From a bacterium (GTDB taxonomy: Bacteria; Hinthialibacterota; Hinthialibacteria; Hinthialibacterales; JAKPRU01), in the NCBI GenBank assembly GCA_035430965.1, contig DAOMHQ010000001.1, positions 16,338-73,635 of the forward strand: DNA of 57,298 bases, read 5' to 3'. Position numbers and translations under genes: made by a program. Positions 44,050 to 51,140 of this stretch are shown here, one piece after another. Every line of letters begins with the position of its first letter. Within the stretch, counting starts at the first letter, position 1. Under the pieces are notes generated by a model. That model ran no database searches and had not been told where the DNA came from. It saw nothing but the letters and a program-made list of their open reading frames with translations.

Positions 44050-44075
44050 ATTGCAGATTGGCTTGTGAAAAATCA

Positions 44076-44104
44076 TTGCCACCGCCCGGCGGATCTGATA
44101 TTCT
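44076..44104 (+). promoter_or_regulatory. Putative sigma-70 promoter of the hicB cassette
   Basis: TTGCCA, 17-nt spacer, TATTCT. The block around it is duplicated at 44510-44538. Confidence 0.45.
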
Positions 44105-44142
44105 ATATGTACGCGAACAGCAGTATCGCAAGGCAAGCGAAC

Positions 44143-44358
44143 ATGAAATATGTAGTAATCGTTGAAAAAGGCGAGACCGGCTACGGTGCTTATGTGCCGG
44201 ATCTACCCGGATGCGTTGCGGCGGCGGAGTCACGCGACGAGGTACTCCACCTAATCAAGGAAGCAATCGAATTTCACATCGAAGGGCTTCAGACAGCCGG
44301 CGAATCTGTGCCCGCCCCTTCATCGGTGAGAGAGGTTGTGGAAGTGAATGCTGCATAG
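44143..44358 (+). CDS. hicB: HicB-family antitoxin domain protein (no adjacent hicA)
   Basis: ORF 43957..44358, trimmed to MKYVVIVEKGETGYGAYVPDLPGCVAAAESRDEVLHLIKEAIEFHIEGL, the canonical HicB N-domain. Confidence 0.8.
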   Translation: MKYVVIVEKGETGYGAYVPDLPGCVAAAESRDEVLHLIKEAIEFHIEGLQTAGESVPAPSSVREVVEVNAA

Positions 44359-44379
44359 CGGCAACACAGGGATATCTTC

Positions 44380-44416
44380 TCCCTCTCCCGCCGGGAGAGG
44401 GTAGGGGTGAGGGAGG
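44380..44416 (+). repeat. Family-A repeat, copy 10
   Basis: tCCCTCTCCC-gcc-GGGAGAGGGtaGGGGtgaGGGAGG. Confidence 0.85.
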
Positions 44417-44509
44417 ACACAAGTCTAGTATTTTCAATTATTTGGGGAATTGCAGGGAGAGCGGAGACTCCGATGAACGCTCAGAGGAGCGAACTCCATC
44501 AAAAAACCA

Positions 44510-44538
44510 TTGCCACCGCCGGATAAATTTGTTATTGT
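44510..44538 (+). promoter_or_regulatory. Putative sigma-70 promoter of the orf72/protease cassette
   Basis: TTGCCA, 17-nt spacer, TATTGT. The surrounding aaaaCCATTGCCACCGCCGG duplicates the block upstream of hicB. Leaves a ~200-nt leader before ATG 44748. Confidence 0.45.
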
Positions 44539-44747
44539 CACTGTATATGAAGAATTGTTTGGGAAGATCGGGCATGGACGATGGAGACAACAATGCATGA
44601 TGAAACTGTCCAAGGGTTACAGAGGTGTTTCCTATCATCAAAGCGGTGGCAGTGCGTTTTTCATGCGGGGAAGCGAAGATCCGCATCTGGTGCGTATCGA
44701 TCTATCCATGTCAGGGTTTAGTGGACAGACTGAAAGGTGGTGAAGCG

Positions 44748-44966
44748 ATGAAGCCTAAAGCTGACAAGAACCGAATCAAGGAAATAAAGGATGTGTACAG
44801 GTCAATTGGTTTGCAGTCCGAGGAAGTGCGCAAGTACTTCGCAGGTCTTGGAACTCTTCCGGAATACCCCGACCAGCAAAAAGAGACTATTTTCATCGAG
44901 GCCGGGATAACGTCTTGCGGATCAGGAGGGCTGATCTATGCCGGATTGGAACGAGCTTCTGAATGA
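44748..44966 (+). CDS. Hypothetical 72-aa protein, upstream partner of the SDH protease
   Basis: AAAGGTGGTGA RBS. MKPKADKNRIKEIKDVYRSIG.... Overlaps the protease start by 29 nt. No motif recognised. Confidence 0.45.
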   Translation: MKPKADKNRIKEIKDVYRSIGLQSEEVRKYFAGLGTLPEYPDQQKETIFIEAGITSCGSGGLIYAGLERASE

Positions 44967-45849
44967 AATTATTGCAGCTGGCAGTGTGCACGATGTCATT
45001 CGGAGAAAGTACTTACTCCAACTTCACCAGCTGACGAATCGGAATGTTATCATCTATTACTCTGGTTGGCTGCAAAAGCGCAACTTGGAGGGCGTTGAAG
45101 TAAACGACGCCGATAAGAATGGATTCATGACGGTGGTTCATCAGCTGGACCGAGGCAAAGGCTTGGACTTGCTGTTGCATACTCCCGGCGGGGAAACAGC
45201 TGCAACCGAGTCCCTTGTCCACTATCTGCGGGCAATGTTCGGTGGCGACATAAGGGCCTTTGTCCCTCAATTGGCCATGTCCGCCGGGACGATGATCGCT
45301 TGCGCATGCAAAGAAATCTTTATGGGAAAGCAATCCAGCTTGGGACCTATTGACCCGCAATTCCGAGGCATTCCCGCGCATGGCGTTGTTGAAGAATTTA
45401 AACGGGCACATCGCGAAATACGAGAGGATCCCAGCAAGATTCCAATTTGGCAACCAGTCTTGGCCAAATACTCACCAGCATTCATTGGAGAATGTGAGAA
45501 GGCAATTGAATGGGCCAATGAGATGGTATCCGAGTGGCTTCTTACTGGAATGTTCGAGGGTCGCAGAACAGAAAAGAAAACTGCGATGATTAAGAAAATA
45601 GTCAGCGATCTTGCCGATCACGCACTATCGAAGTCGCACTTGAGACATTTGGCCTATGATCGCTGCAAGGAAATCGGTCTGAAGGTCACCCGGCTTGAGG
45701 ACAATCAAGATTTACAGGAGGCCGTTCTGTCGGTACATCATGCATGTATACATACATTGGGATCTACGCCGGCATTCAAAATAATAGAAAACCACCAAGG
45801 CAAGGCCTTCATACAGATTGCTCACTCAGTTGTTGTTAAGATGCCATAA
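44938..45849 (+). CDS. SDH-family (PF01972-like) Clp-fold serine protease
   Basis: AGGAGGG RBS. LLLHTPGGE (oxyanion region), QLAMSAGTMIACA (nucleophile Ser) and SSLGPIDPQ motifs as recalled for the serine-dehydrogenase-proteinase/SppA-ClpP fold. Visibly AT-richer than flanks. Confidence 0.7.
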   Translation: MPDWNELLNEIIAAGSVHDVIRRKYLLQLHQLTNRNVIIYYSGWLQKRNLEGVEVNDADKNGFMTVVHQLDRGKGLDLLLHTPGGETAATESLVHYLRAMFGGDIRAFVPQLAMSAGTMIACACKEIFMGKQSSLGPIDPQFRGIPAHGVVEEFKRAHREIREDPSKIPIWQPVLAKYSPAFIGECEKAIEWANEMVSEWLLTGMFEGRRTEKKTAMIKKIVSDLADHALSKSHLRHLAYDRCKEIGLKVTRLEDNQDLQEAVLSVHHACIHTLGSTPAFKIIENHQGKAFIQIAHSVVVKMP

Positions 45850-46048
45850 TAGACACCCTAATTAAGCGCTGAAACACTAAAGGTTATTCCCGTTCGTTAA
45901 TCCCCAATCGTTCGATGTGGATTTTGGACAGAAGAGAATATTCAAAAGATATCTTAACAATGAAAGCAGAAACCTGGGATGAGAGAAAAATCTCCCATCC
46001 CGCACTTCCAGGCTTAATACTCCCAAGAAGCTACAGAAATTGCATCCC

Positions 46049-46294
46049 ATGATCACCTTCCCCTACTCCCTTATCATCGAAGCCACCAACGAACCCGATT
46101 ATTTCGGATTCTATTCCCCCGATCTGGAGGGGTTCACCGGCATCGGTCATTCTGTGGAGGATTGTCTGTTCCAGGCGAAATGGGGCATGAAGGAACATGT
46201 CGAAACCCTCCGGCAAGAGGGGCTTCCGGTTCCGGCGAATAATCCAGATCCGAGAATTATTGTGCAGAACGAGAAGAAACCGGCGGGGGTGTGA
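46049..46294 (+). CDS. HicB N-domain-like protein (no DNA-binding domain)
   Basis: ORF 46040 (TTG)..46294; ATG at 46049. MITFPYSLIIEATNEPDYFGFYSPDLEGFTGIGHSVEDCLFQAKWGMKEHVETLRQEGLPVP parallels the HicB N-domain. Confidence 0.6.
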   Translation: MITFPYSLIIEATNEPDYFGFYSPDLEGFTGIGHSVEDCLFQAKWGMKEHVETLRQEGLPVPANNPDPRIIVQNEKKPAGV

Positions 46295-46318
46295 ATCTCG
46301 GATTCGGTGTAGGTTTGA

Positions 46319-46636
46319 ATGTCCACTGAAAGCGAAAGGCATCCCCCAATGATTCCGGAGAACCGAATTCCCACCCATCCAGGCGTGATACTCAAGCGGG
46401 AATTCCTTGCCCCGCTGAACATCTCCCAAGTGGCGCTCGCTGCCCGTCTGGGAGTGCCGGTCCAGCGGGTGAACGAGCTCGTGCGCGGAAAGCGTGGTGT
46501 GACGCCGGAAACGGCATGGCTTCTCTCCCAGGCATTCACCACCACACCGGAGTTCTGGATCAACCTTCAGACCGCCCACGACCTTGCACGCAGTCGTCCG
46601 ACCCAGCCCGTGGAACCGTTCAGGGCAACCGGGTGA
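46319..46636 (+). CDS. higA: HigA-family (XRE HTH) antitoxin
   Basis: IPTHPGVILKREFLAPLNISQVALAARLGVPVQRVNELVRGKRGVTPETAWLLSQAFTTTPEFWINLQ is the canonical HigA/VapI sequence pattern. No higB seen. Confidence 0.85.
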   Translation: MSTESERHPPMIPENRIPTHPGVILKREFLAPLNISQVALAARLGVPVQRVNELVRGKRGVTPETAWLLSQAFTTTPEFWINLQTAHDLARSRPTQPVEPFRATG

Positions 46637-46701
46637 TGCCCTATCCGGCATTTCGTGGTATCATCTGCCATACGAATCCGGTCTTTCTGGGAAATAAGAA
46701 C

Positions 46702-46899
46702 ATGGAAACGAAATTGAAAATGGTCTATTGGAAAAGCGAAAAATTCTGGGTGGGCAAGCTGCTGGAACATCCTGAAATTATGACCCAGGGAGAAACCCTC
46801 GAAGAACTCGAAGAGAACATGAAAGACGCCTACATCCTGATGACCATGGAGGATGTTCCTGAAGATCACGAGGTGAAAGAACTGGCTCTGAAGGTATGA
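46702..46899 (+). CDS. hicB: HicB-like antitoxin
   Basis: ORF 46516..46899, trimmed to METKLKMVYWKSEKFWVGKLLEHPEIMTQGETLEELEENMKDAYILM. ATGA overlap with the following hicA. Confidence 0.65.
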   Translation: METKLKMVYWKSEKFWVGKLLEHPEIMTQGETLEELEENMKDAYILMTMEDVPEDHEVKELALKV

Positions 46900-47069
46900 A
46901 GAGAAAGGATCTTCTGAAGCGAATTGCCTCTGCCGGATGTGTCCTTGTGAGGCACGGTTCCCGCCACGACCTTTACAGAAATCCAAACACCGGCAAGAAA
47001 CAGCCGGTTCCCAGGCATGACGAGATCGACGAGAACCTGGCGAAGCACATCATCAAGGAGTTGGGATAG
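46896..47069 (+). CDS. hicA: HicA-family mRNA interferase toxin, 57 aa, not in supplied ORF track
   Basis: Own translation: MKRKDLLKRIASAGCVLVRHGSRHDLYRNPNTGKKQPVPRHDEIDENLAKHIIKELG*. The G-S-x-H ... P-x-H ... pattern matches the YcfA/HicA family. Confidence 0.8.
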   Translation: MKRKDLLKRIASAGCVLVRHGSRHDLYRNPNTGKKQPVPRHDEIDENLAKHIIKELG

Positions 47070-47174
47070 ATCTCATCCTTGCCATTGCCCCTGATATAGG
47101 GCAGGCACGGAGGTCTGCCCCCACCGGATGAATCAATCTTTGGCAGCCACACCGGCCTGTCCTACTCAGAGAAC

Positions 47175-48386
47175 TTACCGCATCCGGGCGGCTTCCTGTG
47201 CCTGAGCCGGTGCGGCCACGCCGGTGATGGGACGGATCTGCTCGACAATCCAGTTCCGTATCGCCTGGCCTTCCGGGGTCTGCTGCGGCGCGGAAATGAA
47301 TTCGAGATCCAGACCCAGACGTTCCTCCAGGCGGGATGCGACAATCGGCCAAATCACACCGATATCGCCGATCACCGGAAGGCTGCCTTCCAGGCGCGCG
47401 AATCCCGACATTTCCATGCGGAACGGAATCTCCATCAGCTTGGTTTTCGGCAGACCTTTGTCGATGGCCTGCTGGACAGTTTTCGATTCCCGCTCGAATT
47501 TCCAGGCCCGGTCCAGAGCGGAGTCCAGGTCAATGCGGATCAGCCGTTTTTTCTCCAGCGTATAGGTGGGAATTCCCTGCCAGGCGGCCCAGATTCCGTG
47601 GCCGGTATACATTTCATAAGGCCCGTCATGGATTTCCTGGGTAAGCGCGACAGCGGATTCGATGATGACATCCGCCGACGCGAGAAGATCCGCCACAAGC
47701 CGCGCACGTTGCGTGATGGAAACACTGTCGCCGACCGCGAGTCCCACATTTCCGCCACCGACCAACTGCGGAATGCTCACCAGTACCGGCAGACCGAGCC
47801 GCGCGCCCCGACCGAGCATTGTGCGCTCATCCGCATACCAGCCCGCCACCGCCTCGAACGCCAGCCCCTTTTCCTGGGCCTCGTCGCGGATTCGGTCCGA
47901 CATCTGTTCAATCCAAAGCCCCATCGGATACCCCATATTCCCGGCGGCCTTGATGATGACGCTGCCCTGTATCTTCTCTCCGGCATCGAGCAGGGCCTGA
48001 TCCAATTCCAGATCCTGTTCCACAATCGCCCTCTGCTCGTCATCCATGAACGTGAATTCGAACACGTCTCCACGCGGCAGAAGTGCTTTATCGGCCCCGA
48101 GCGCAATTCCGTTGACCCGTTTCACTCGATCCAGCACCCCGCCCATTTCATGCGCCACAACCGCCGAACTGGTGGTTACTCCATCCACCACGCCGACACG
48201 CATCAGTTCCGCCAGGAGGGTAGTGACTCCTTCATGCACATTCGGACCGCTTCCGGTCACCACGGCAACCTTCCCGCCCTTTTCCTTGGTCTCGGCAATT
48301 ATATCCACCGTCTGATTGATCCGTTCCTGTGTTGCGGGGTTCAGTCCCTGGAACCACTCTTCGATTCGTGTTCGGTCCGGTTTCAT
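47175..48386 (-). CDS. Conserved hypothetical protein, possibly deoxyhypusine-synthase-like Rossmann fold
   Basis: 403 aa. GGKVAVVTGSGPNVHEGVTTLLAELMRVGVVDGVTTSSAVVAHEMGG resembles the DHS family N-terminal region. Weak call. Confidence 0.35.
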   Translation of the reverse strand: MKPDRTRIEEWFQGLNPATQERINQTVDIIAETKEKGGKVAVVTGSGPNVHEGVTTLLAELMRVGVVDGVTTSSAVVAHEMGGVLDRVKRVNGIALGADKALLPRGDVFEFTFMDDEQRAIVEQDLELDQALLDAGEKIQGSVIIKAAGNMGYPMGLWIEQMSDRIRDEAQEKGLAFEAVAGWYADERTMLGRGARLGLPVLVSIPQLVGGGNVGLAVGDSVSITQRARLVADLLASADVIIESAVALTQEIHDGPYEMYTGHGIWAAWQGIPTYTLEKKRLIRIDLDSALDRAWKFERESKTVQQAIDKGLPKTKLMEIPFRMEMSGFARLEGSLPVIGDIGVIWPIVASRLEERLGLDLEFISAPQQTPEGQAIRNWIVEQIRPITGVAAPAQAQEAARMR

Positions 48387-48586
48387 GTCTTCATAGCCCT
48401 TTCGATCTGGGTTCTTGTTGCAGTTCGCACGCTGCTTTTATTAGCATACAATATTTGGCGTTCAGGGTCACGCTGAGGTAAGGCCCTACGGCGTCGCCCT
48501 TGCAGATTGTCTTCTGGCTTTGTGCCGGTCTCGGGAGCCTCGCCTTCCCGGTTCCGATGACGTTACGTGCCATGGAGGATGAAGCA

Positions 48587-49711
48587 ATGAAGATAGCCCG
48601 ATTGCGCTATGCCTGCCTGTGTGCATCTGTGATAATGCTTGCCGGACTTTCAATGGCGGAAGGAGCGGCCATGGAGCCGGATCGTCCCCTCACATTATGC
48701 CTGTATGGATTCTCCTCGAACTTGAGTCCGGTCAAGGGGATATCGCCGGAACAGGTCGCCGGATGGCTGAACGAGCGGCATGTGAATGCCGTGTTCATAA
48801 CGAAGGAATCGGATGAGGTCCTGGGAGCGCTTCGGCAGGCAGGAGTTCGCATCTATCGGGAGATGACGCTATTTGCCGGGAAAAGTCTGTATCAAACGCA
48901 CCCGGAGTGGCGACCGATCACCGCGGACGGTACGGAGCAAAAGCCGGATGGCTGGTATTACGGACTCTGCCCCAACAAAGAGGATCTGCGTCAGAAACGG
49001 CTGCGGGAATTCGAGAAACGGATTGCCGATCCGAGAATTGACGGGGTCTGGCTGGATTTCATCCGGTATCCGATTCGATGGGAGAAGCAGGACCCGACCC
49101 AGCTGGATAACTGTTTCTGCGATGACTGCATCCGCCTGTACCGAGAGGCCGTCGCCGGCGATTTTGAAGTCCCGCAGGACATGGATCGCGCGGAACTGGC
49201 GCGTTGGATCCTGGAGAATCACCTGCCTTCCTGGATTGAGTTCAAAGCGGAGCGAATTGCGACCTGGGTGCATGAGGCACGGTTGATTCGAGACCGCGTC
49301 CGCCCGGATGCCACAATCGGTATTTTCACCGTGCCCTGGTCGTCGAATGAGCAAAACGGTGCGATTTTTCGCGTGGTCGGGCAGGATTATGTCAAGCTGG
49401 CGGAGGATGTCGATATCTTCTCTCCGATGGTCTATCACCTCCTCTGCCGAAAAGGTCCGTCCTGGCCCGCAGAATTCACGAAGGAGACGATTCTTCGCAC
49501 GGGTAAACTGGTCTGGCCGATTGTGCAGGCCATGGATGAGCCGTCAAAATTGTCTTATGAGGAACTGGAACAGGTGATTCTCGACAGCGGGCGTGCGTCC
49601 GGGACAGGAGTAATCGTTTTCACCGCCGGACATCTGGACAAAGAAAAAAAATGGGAACCGGCCATGCGGGCATTCCGTACTCTGGTCGGGGAAAAGGAGT
49701 CGAAGCCATGA
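48587..49711 (+). CDS. Secreted glycoside-hydrolase-like TIM-barrel protein (GHL/DUF4015-like)
   Basis: ORF 48500..49711, trimmed to ATG 48587 (GGAGGA RBS). Signal peptide. GVWLDFIRYP... motif recalled from putative GHL families. Weak. Confidence 0.4.
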   Translation: MKIARLRYACLCASVIMLAGLSMAEGAAMEPDRPLTLCLYGFSSNLSPVKGISPEQVAGWLNERHVNAVFITKESDEVLGALRQAGVRIYREMTLFAGKSLYQTHPEWRPITADGTEQKPDGWYYGLCPNKEDLRQKRLREFEKRIADPRIDGVWLDFIRYPIRWEKQDPTQLDNCFCDDCIRLYREAVAGDFEVPQDMDRAELARWILENHLPSWIEFKAERIATWVHEARLIRDRVRPDATIGIFTVPWSSNEQNGAIFRVVGQDYVKLAEDVDIFSPMVYHLLCRKGPSWPAEFTKETILRTGKLVWPIVQAMDEPSKLSYEELEQVILDSGRASGTGVIVFTAGHLDKEKKWEPAMRAFRTLVGEKESKP

Positions 49712-49896
49712 CCGAATACAAGGTGATCTCCGATTGGTTTTGCATGACGAGCATCCATAAGGCGAGAAAAATGGAGAGGCACTTGAACACCCATGCGAAA
49801 GAAGGCTGGGAGTTTGCCGCGGTCAAGAACATGCTGATTCTGGGATTCGATGTCGGTTTCTACCTGATTCTCAAGCGCGCAATCCCGCGCCCCTGA
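49708..49896 (+). CDS. DUF4177-like small protein
   Basis: MTEYKVIS......HAKEGWEFAAV pattern. ATGA overlap with the preceding gene. Confidence 0.5.
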   Translation: MTEYKVISDWFCMTSIHKARKMERHLNTHAKEGWEFAAVKNMLILGFDVGFYLILKRAIPRP

Positions 49897-49916
49897 ATTC
49901 CGCACCGAGGCATGAA

Positions 49917-50567
49917 ATGAGTTCCATAATTGACATTACGGTTTCTCTGCGCAACGAGACTGTTGTCTGGCCGGGGGATACTCCATTCAAGCGGGTTGTC
50001 GAGCATTCCTTTGAGGATGGTTCGTCGTATGTCCTCTCCCATCTTCTGATGACCGCTCATGCCGGAACGCACGTGGATGCGCCGCTGCACATCGTCGAAG
50101 GCGGGAAATCGGTGGAGAAACTGGACCCCGGGATATTCATCGGCCCGTGCCGCGTTGTGCTGCACGAAAAAGACCGCCATATTGACAGCGGGGATATCGA
50201 CAAGATGCACCTTGACGGCGTGGAGCGCGTTCTTTTCCGAACACGCAATTCTCAACTCTGGGATGTGCCATCGTTTCGGGAGGATTATGTTGCGCTCACC
50301 GTTTCGGCGGCGGAGAAGCTGGTCGATCTTGAGGTGAAACTGGTGGGGCTGGATTATCTCTCCATCGGTCCCTTCGGGGAGGAGGATGAGGAAATACATC
50401 GAATACTTCTGGGGAATCAGGTTATAGTGATGGAGAGCCTGGATTTGCGGAACGCGGAACCGGGGGATTATGAGTTGATTGCATTGCCTCTCAAGATCGT
50501 CGGGGGTGAAGCCGCCCCGGTCCGGGCCGTATTGCGCAGTCCAGCATCGGTGGAGGAATTGTCGTGA
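49917..50567 (+). CDS. Cyclase family protein (kynurenine formamidase/arylformamidase-like)
   Basis: WPGDTPF ... HAGTHVDAPLH metal-binding motif of the putative cyclase family. Confidence 0.85.
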   Translation: MSSIIDITVSLRNETVVWPGDTPFKRVVEHSFEDGSSYVLSHLLMTAHAGTHVDAPLHIVEGGKSVEKLDPGIFIGPCRVVLHEKDRHIDSGDIDKMHLDGVERVLFRTRNSQLWDVPSFREDYVALTVSAAEKLVDLEVKLVGLDYLSIGPFGEEDEEIHRILLGNQVIVMESLDLRNAEPGDYELIALPLKIVGGEAAPVRAVLRSPASVEELS

Positions 50568-51085
50568 CCGCAAAGCGAGTGACGTTTTGGATTTCGACAG
50601 GACTTATGACAGCCTGTTTTCTTTACATGGCGCTGACCTACAGCGCCTTGCCGGAGACAATCGTGGTGCATTTCGATGCCAGGGGACAGCCAGACGGGTG
50701 GTCCGATAAGTCCGCATTTTTCGTTCAATATTCGTTGATTGTTCTGGGGATTAATCTGCTGATGGTGGGATTGCTTCCGTTTCTGATTCGGAGAGTGCCG
50801 GAGTCAATGGTCAATCTGCCGCAAAAGGAATACTGGTTTTCAGCGCCGCAGCGAAAGGAACGCATCTACAATCGTCTGGCCGTCATGTTTCACGCCATCG
50901 GGATTCACACGAACCTGATTTTTCTGGTGTGTTACCAGATGATTATCCAGGCAAGTTTTCCGGAAGTCGCCTTCCAAATCCATGTCGGAGGCTTTCTGGT
51001 TCTTGTGGTGGTGACATCCCTGATGGGGACGGTGGTTTTCCTGCTGTTTTTGAGTCCGCCGAAGGAAGAGGGGACGGAACAGTAG
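50564..51085 (+). CDS. DUF1648 domain membrane protein
   Basis: LPETIVVHFDARGQPDGWSDKSAFF after the first TM, then three more TM segments. 4-nt overlap with the cyclase gene. Confidence 0.55.
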   Translation: MTAKRVTFWISTGLMTACFLYMALTYSALPETIVVHFDARGQPDGWSDKSAFFVQYSLIVLGINLLMVGLLPFLIRRVPESMVNLPQKEYWFSAPQRKERIYNRLAVMFHAIGIHTNLIFLVCYQMIIQASFPEVAFQIHVGGFLVLVVVTSLMGTVVFLLFLSPPKEEGTEQ

Positions 51086-51140
51086 ACAACAAAGCCTCCC
51101 CCGGCAAATGGGGGAGGCTTTGGGGCGTTCTTACCTACTC

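Noticed and set aside
43251-44416. Chromosomal integron with attC sites separating TA cassettes
   Set aside because: There is no intI-type integrase or attI in the window. The repeats are about 35-40 nt (shorter than attC), lack the R''/L''-L'/R' organisation and the GTTRRRY core, and the same repeat occurs at ordinary gene ends and inside CDSs elsewhere. Kept only as an analogy in the cassette finding.
44438-44743. ORFs 44510-44743 (+, 77 aa) and 44438-44686 (-, 82 aa) in the leader of the protease cassette
   Set aside because: No RBS or recognisable motif. The plus-strand ORF starts inside the putative promoter. Treated as a non-coding leader, with possible small peptides left open.
44938-45849. 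SppA/ClpP-like protease as a prophage prohead protease
   Set aside because: No portal, capsid, terminase or other phage genes lie within several kb. The flanks are TA genes, and the motifs fit the SDH family rather than phage S49/ClpP scaffolding proteases.
45976-46001. Hairpin GGGATGAGAGA-aaaa-TCTCCCATCCC as terminator of the protease cassette
   Set aside because: The stem has an A-C mismatch, lies about 125 nt past the stop and lacks a following T-run. It is plausible but not supportable as a terminator from sequence alone.
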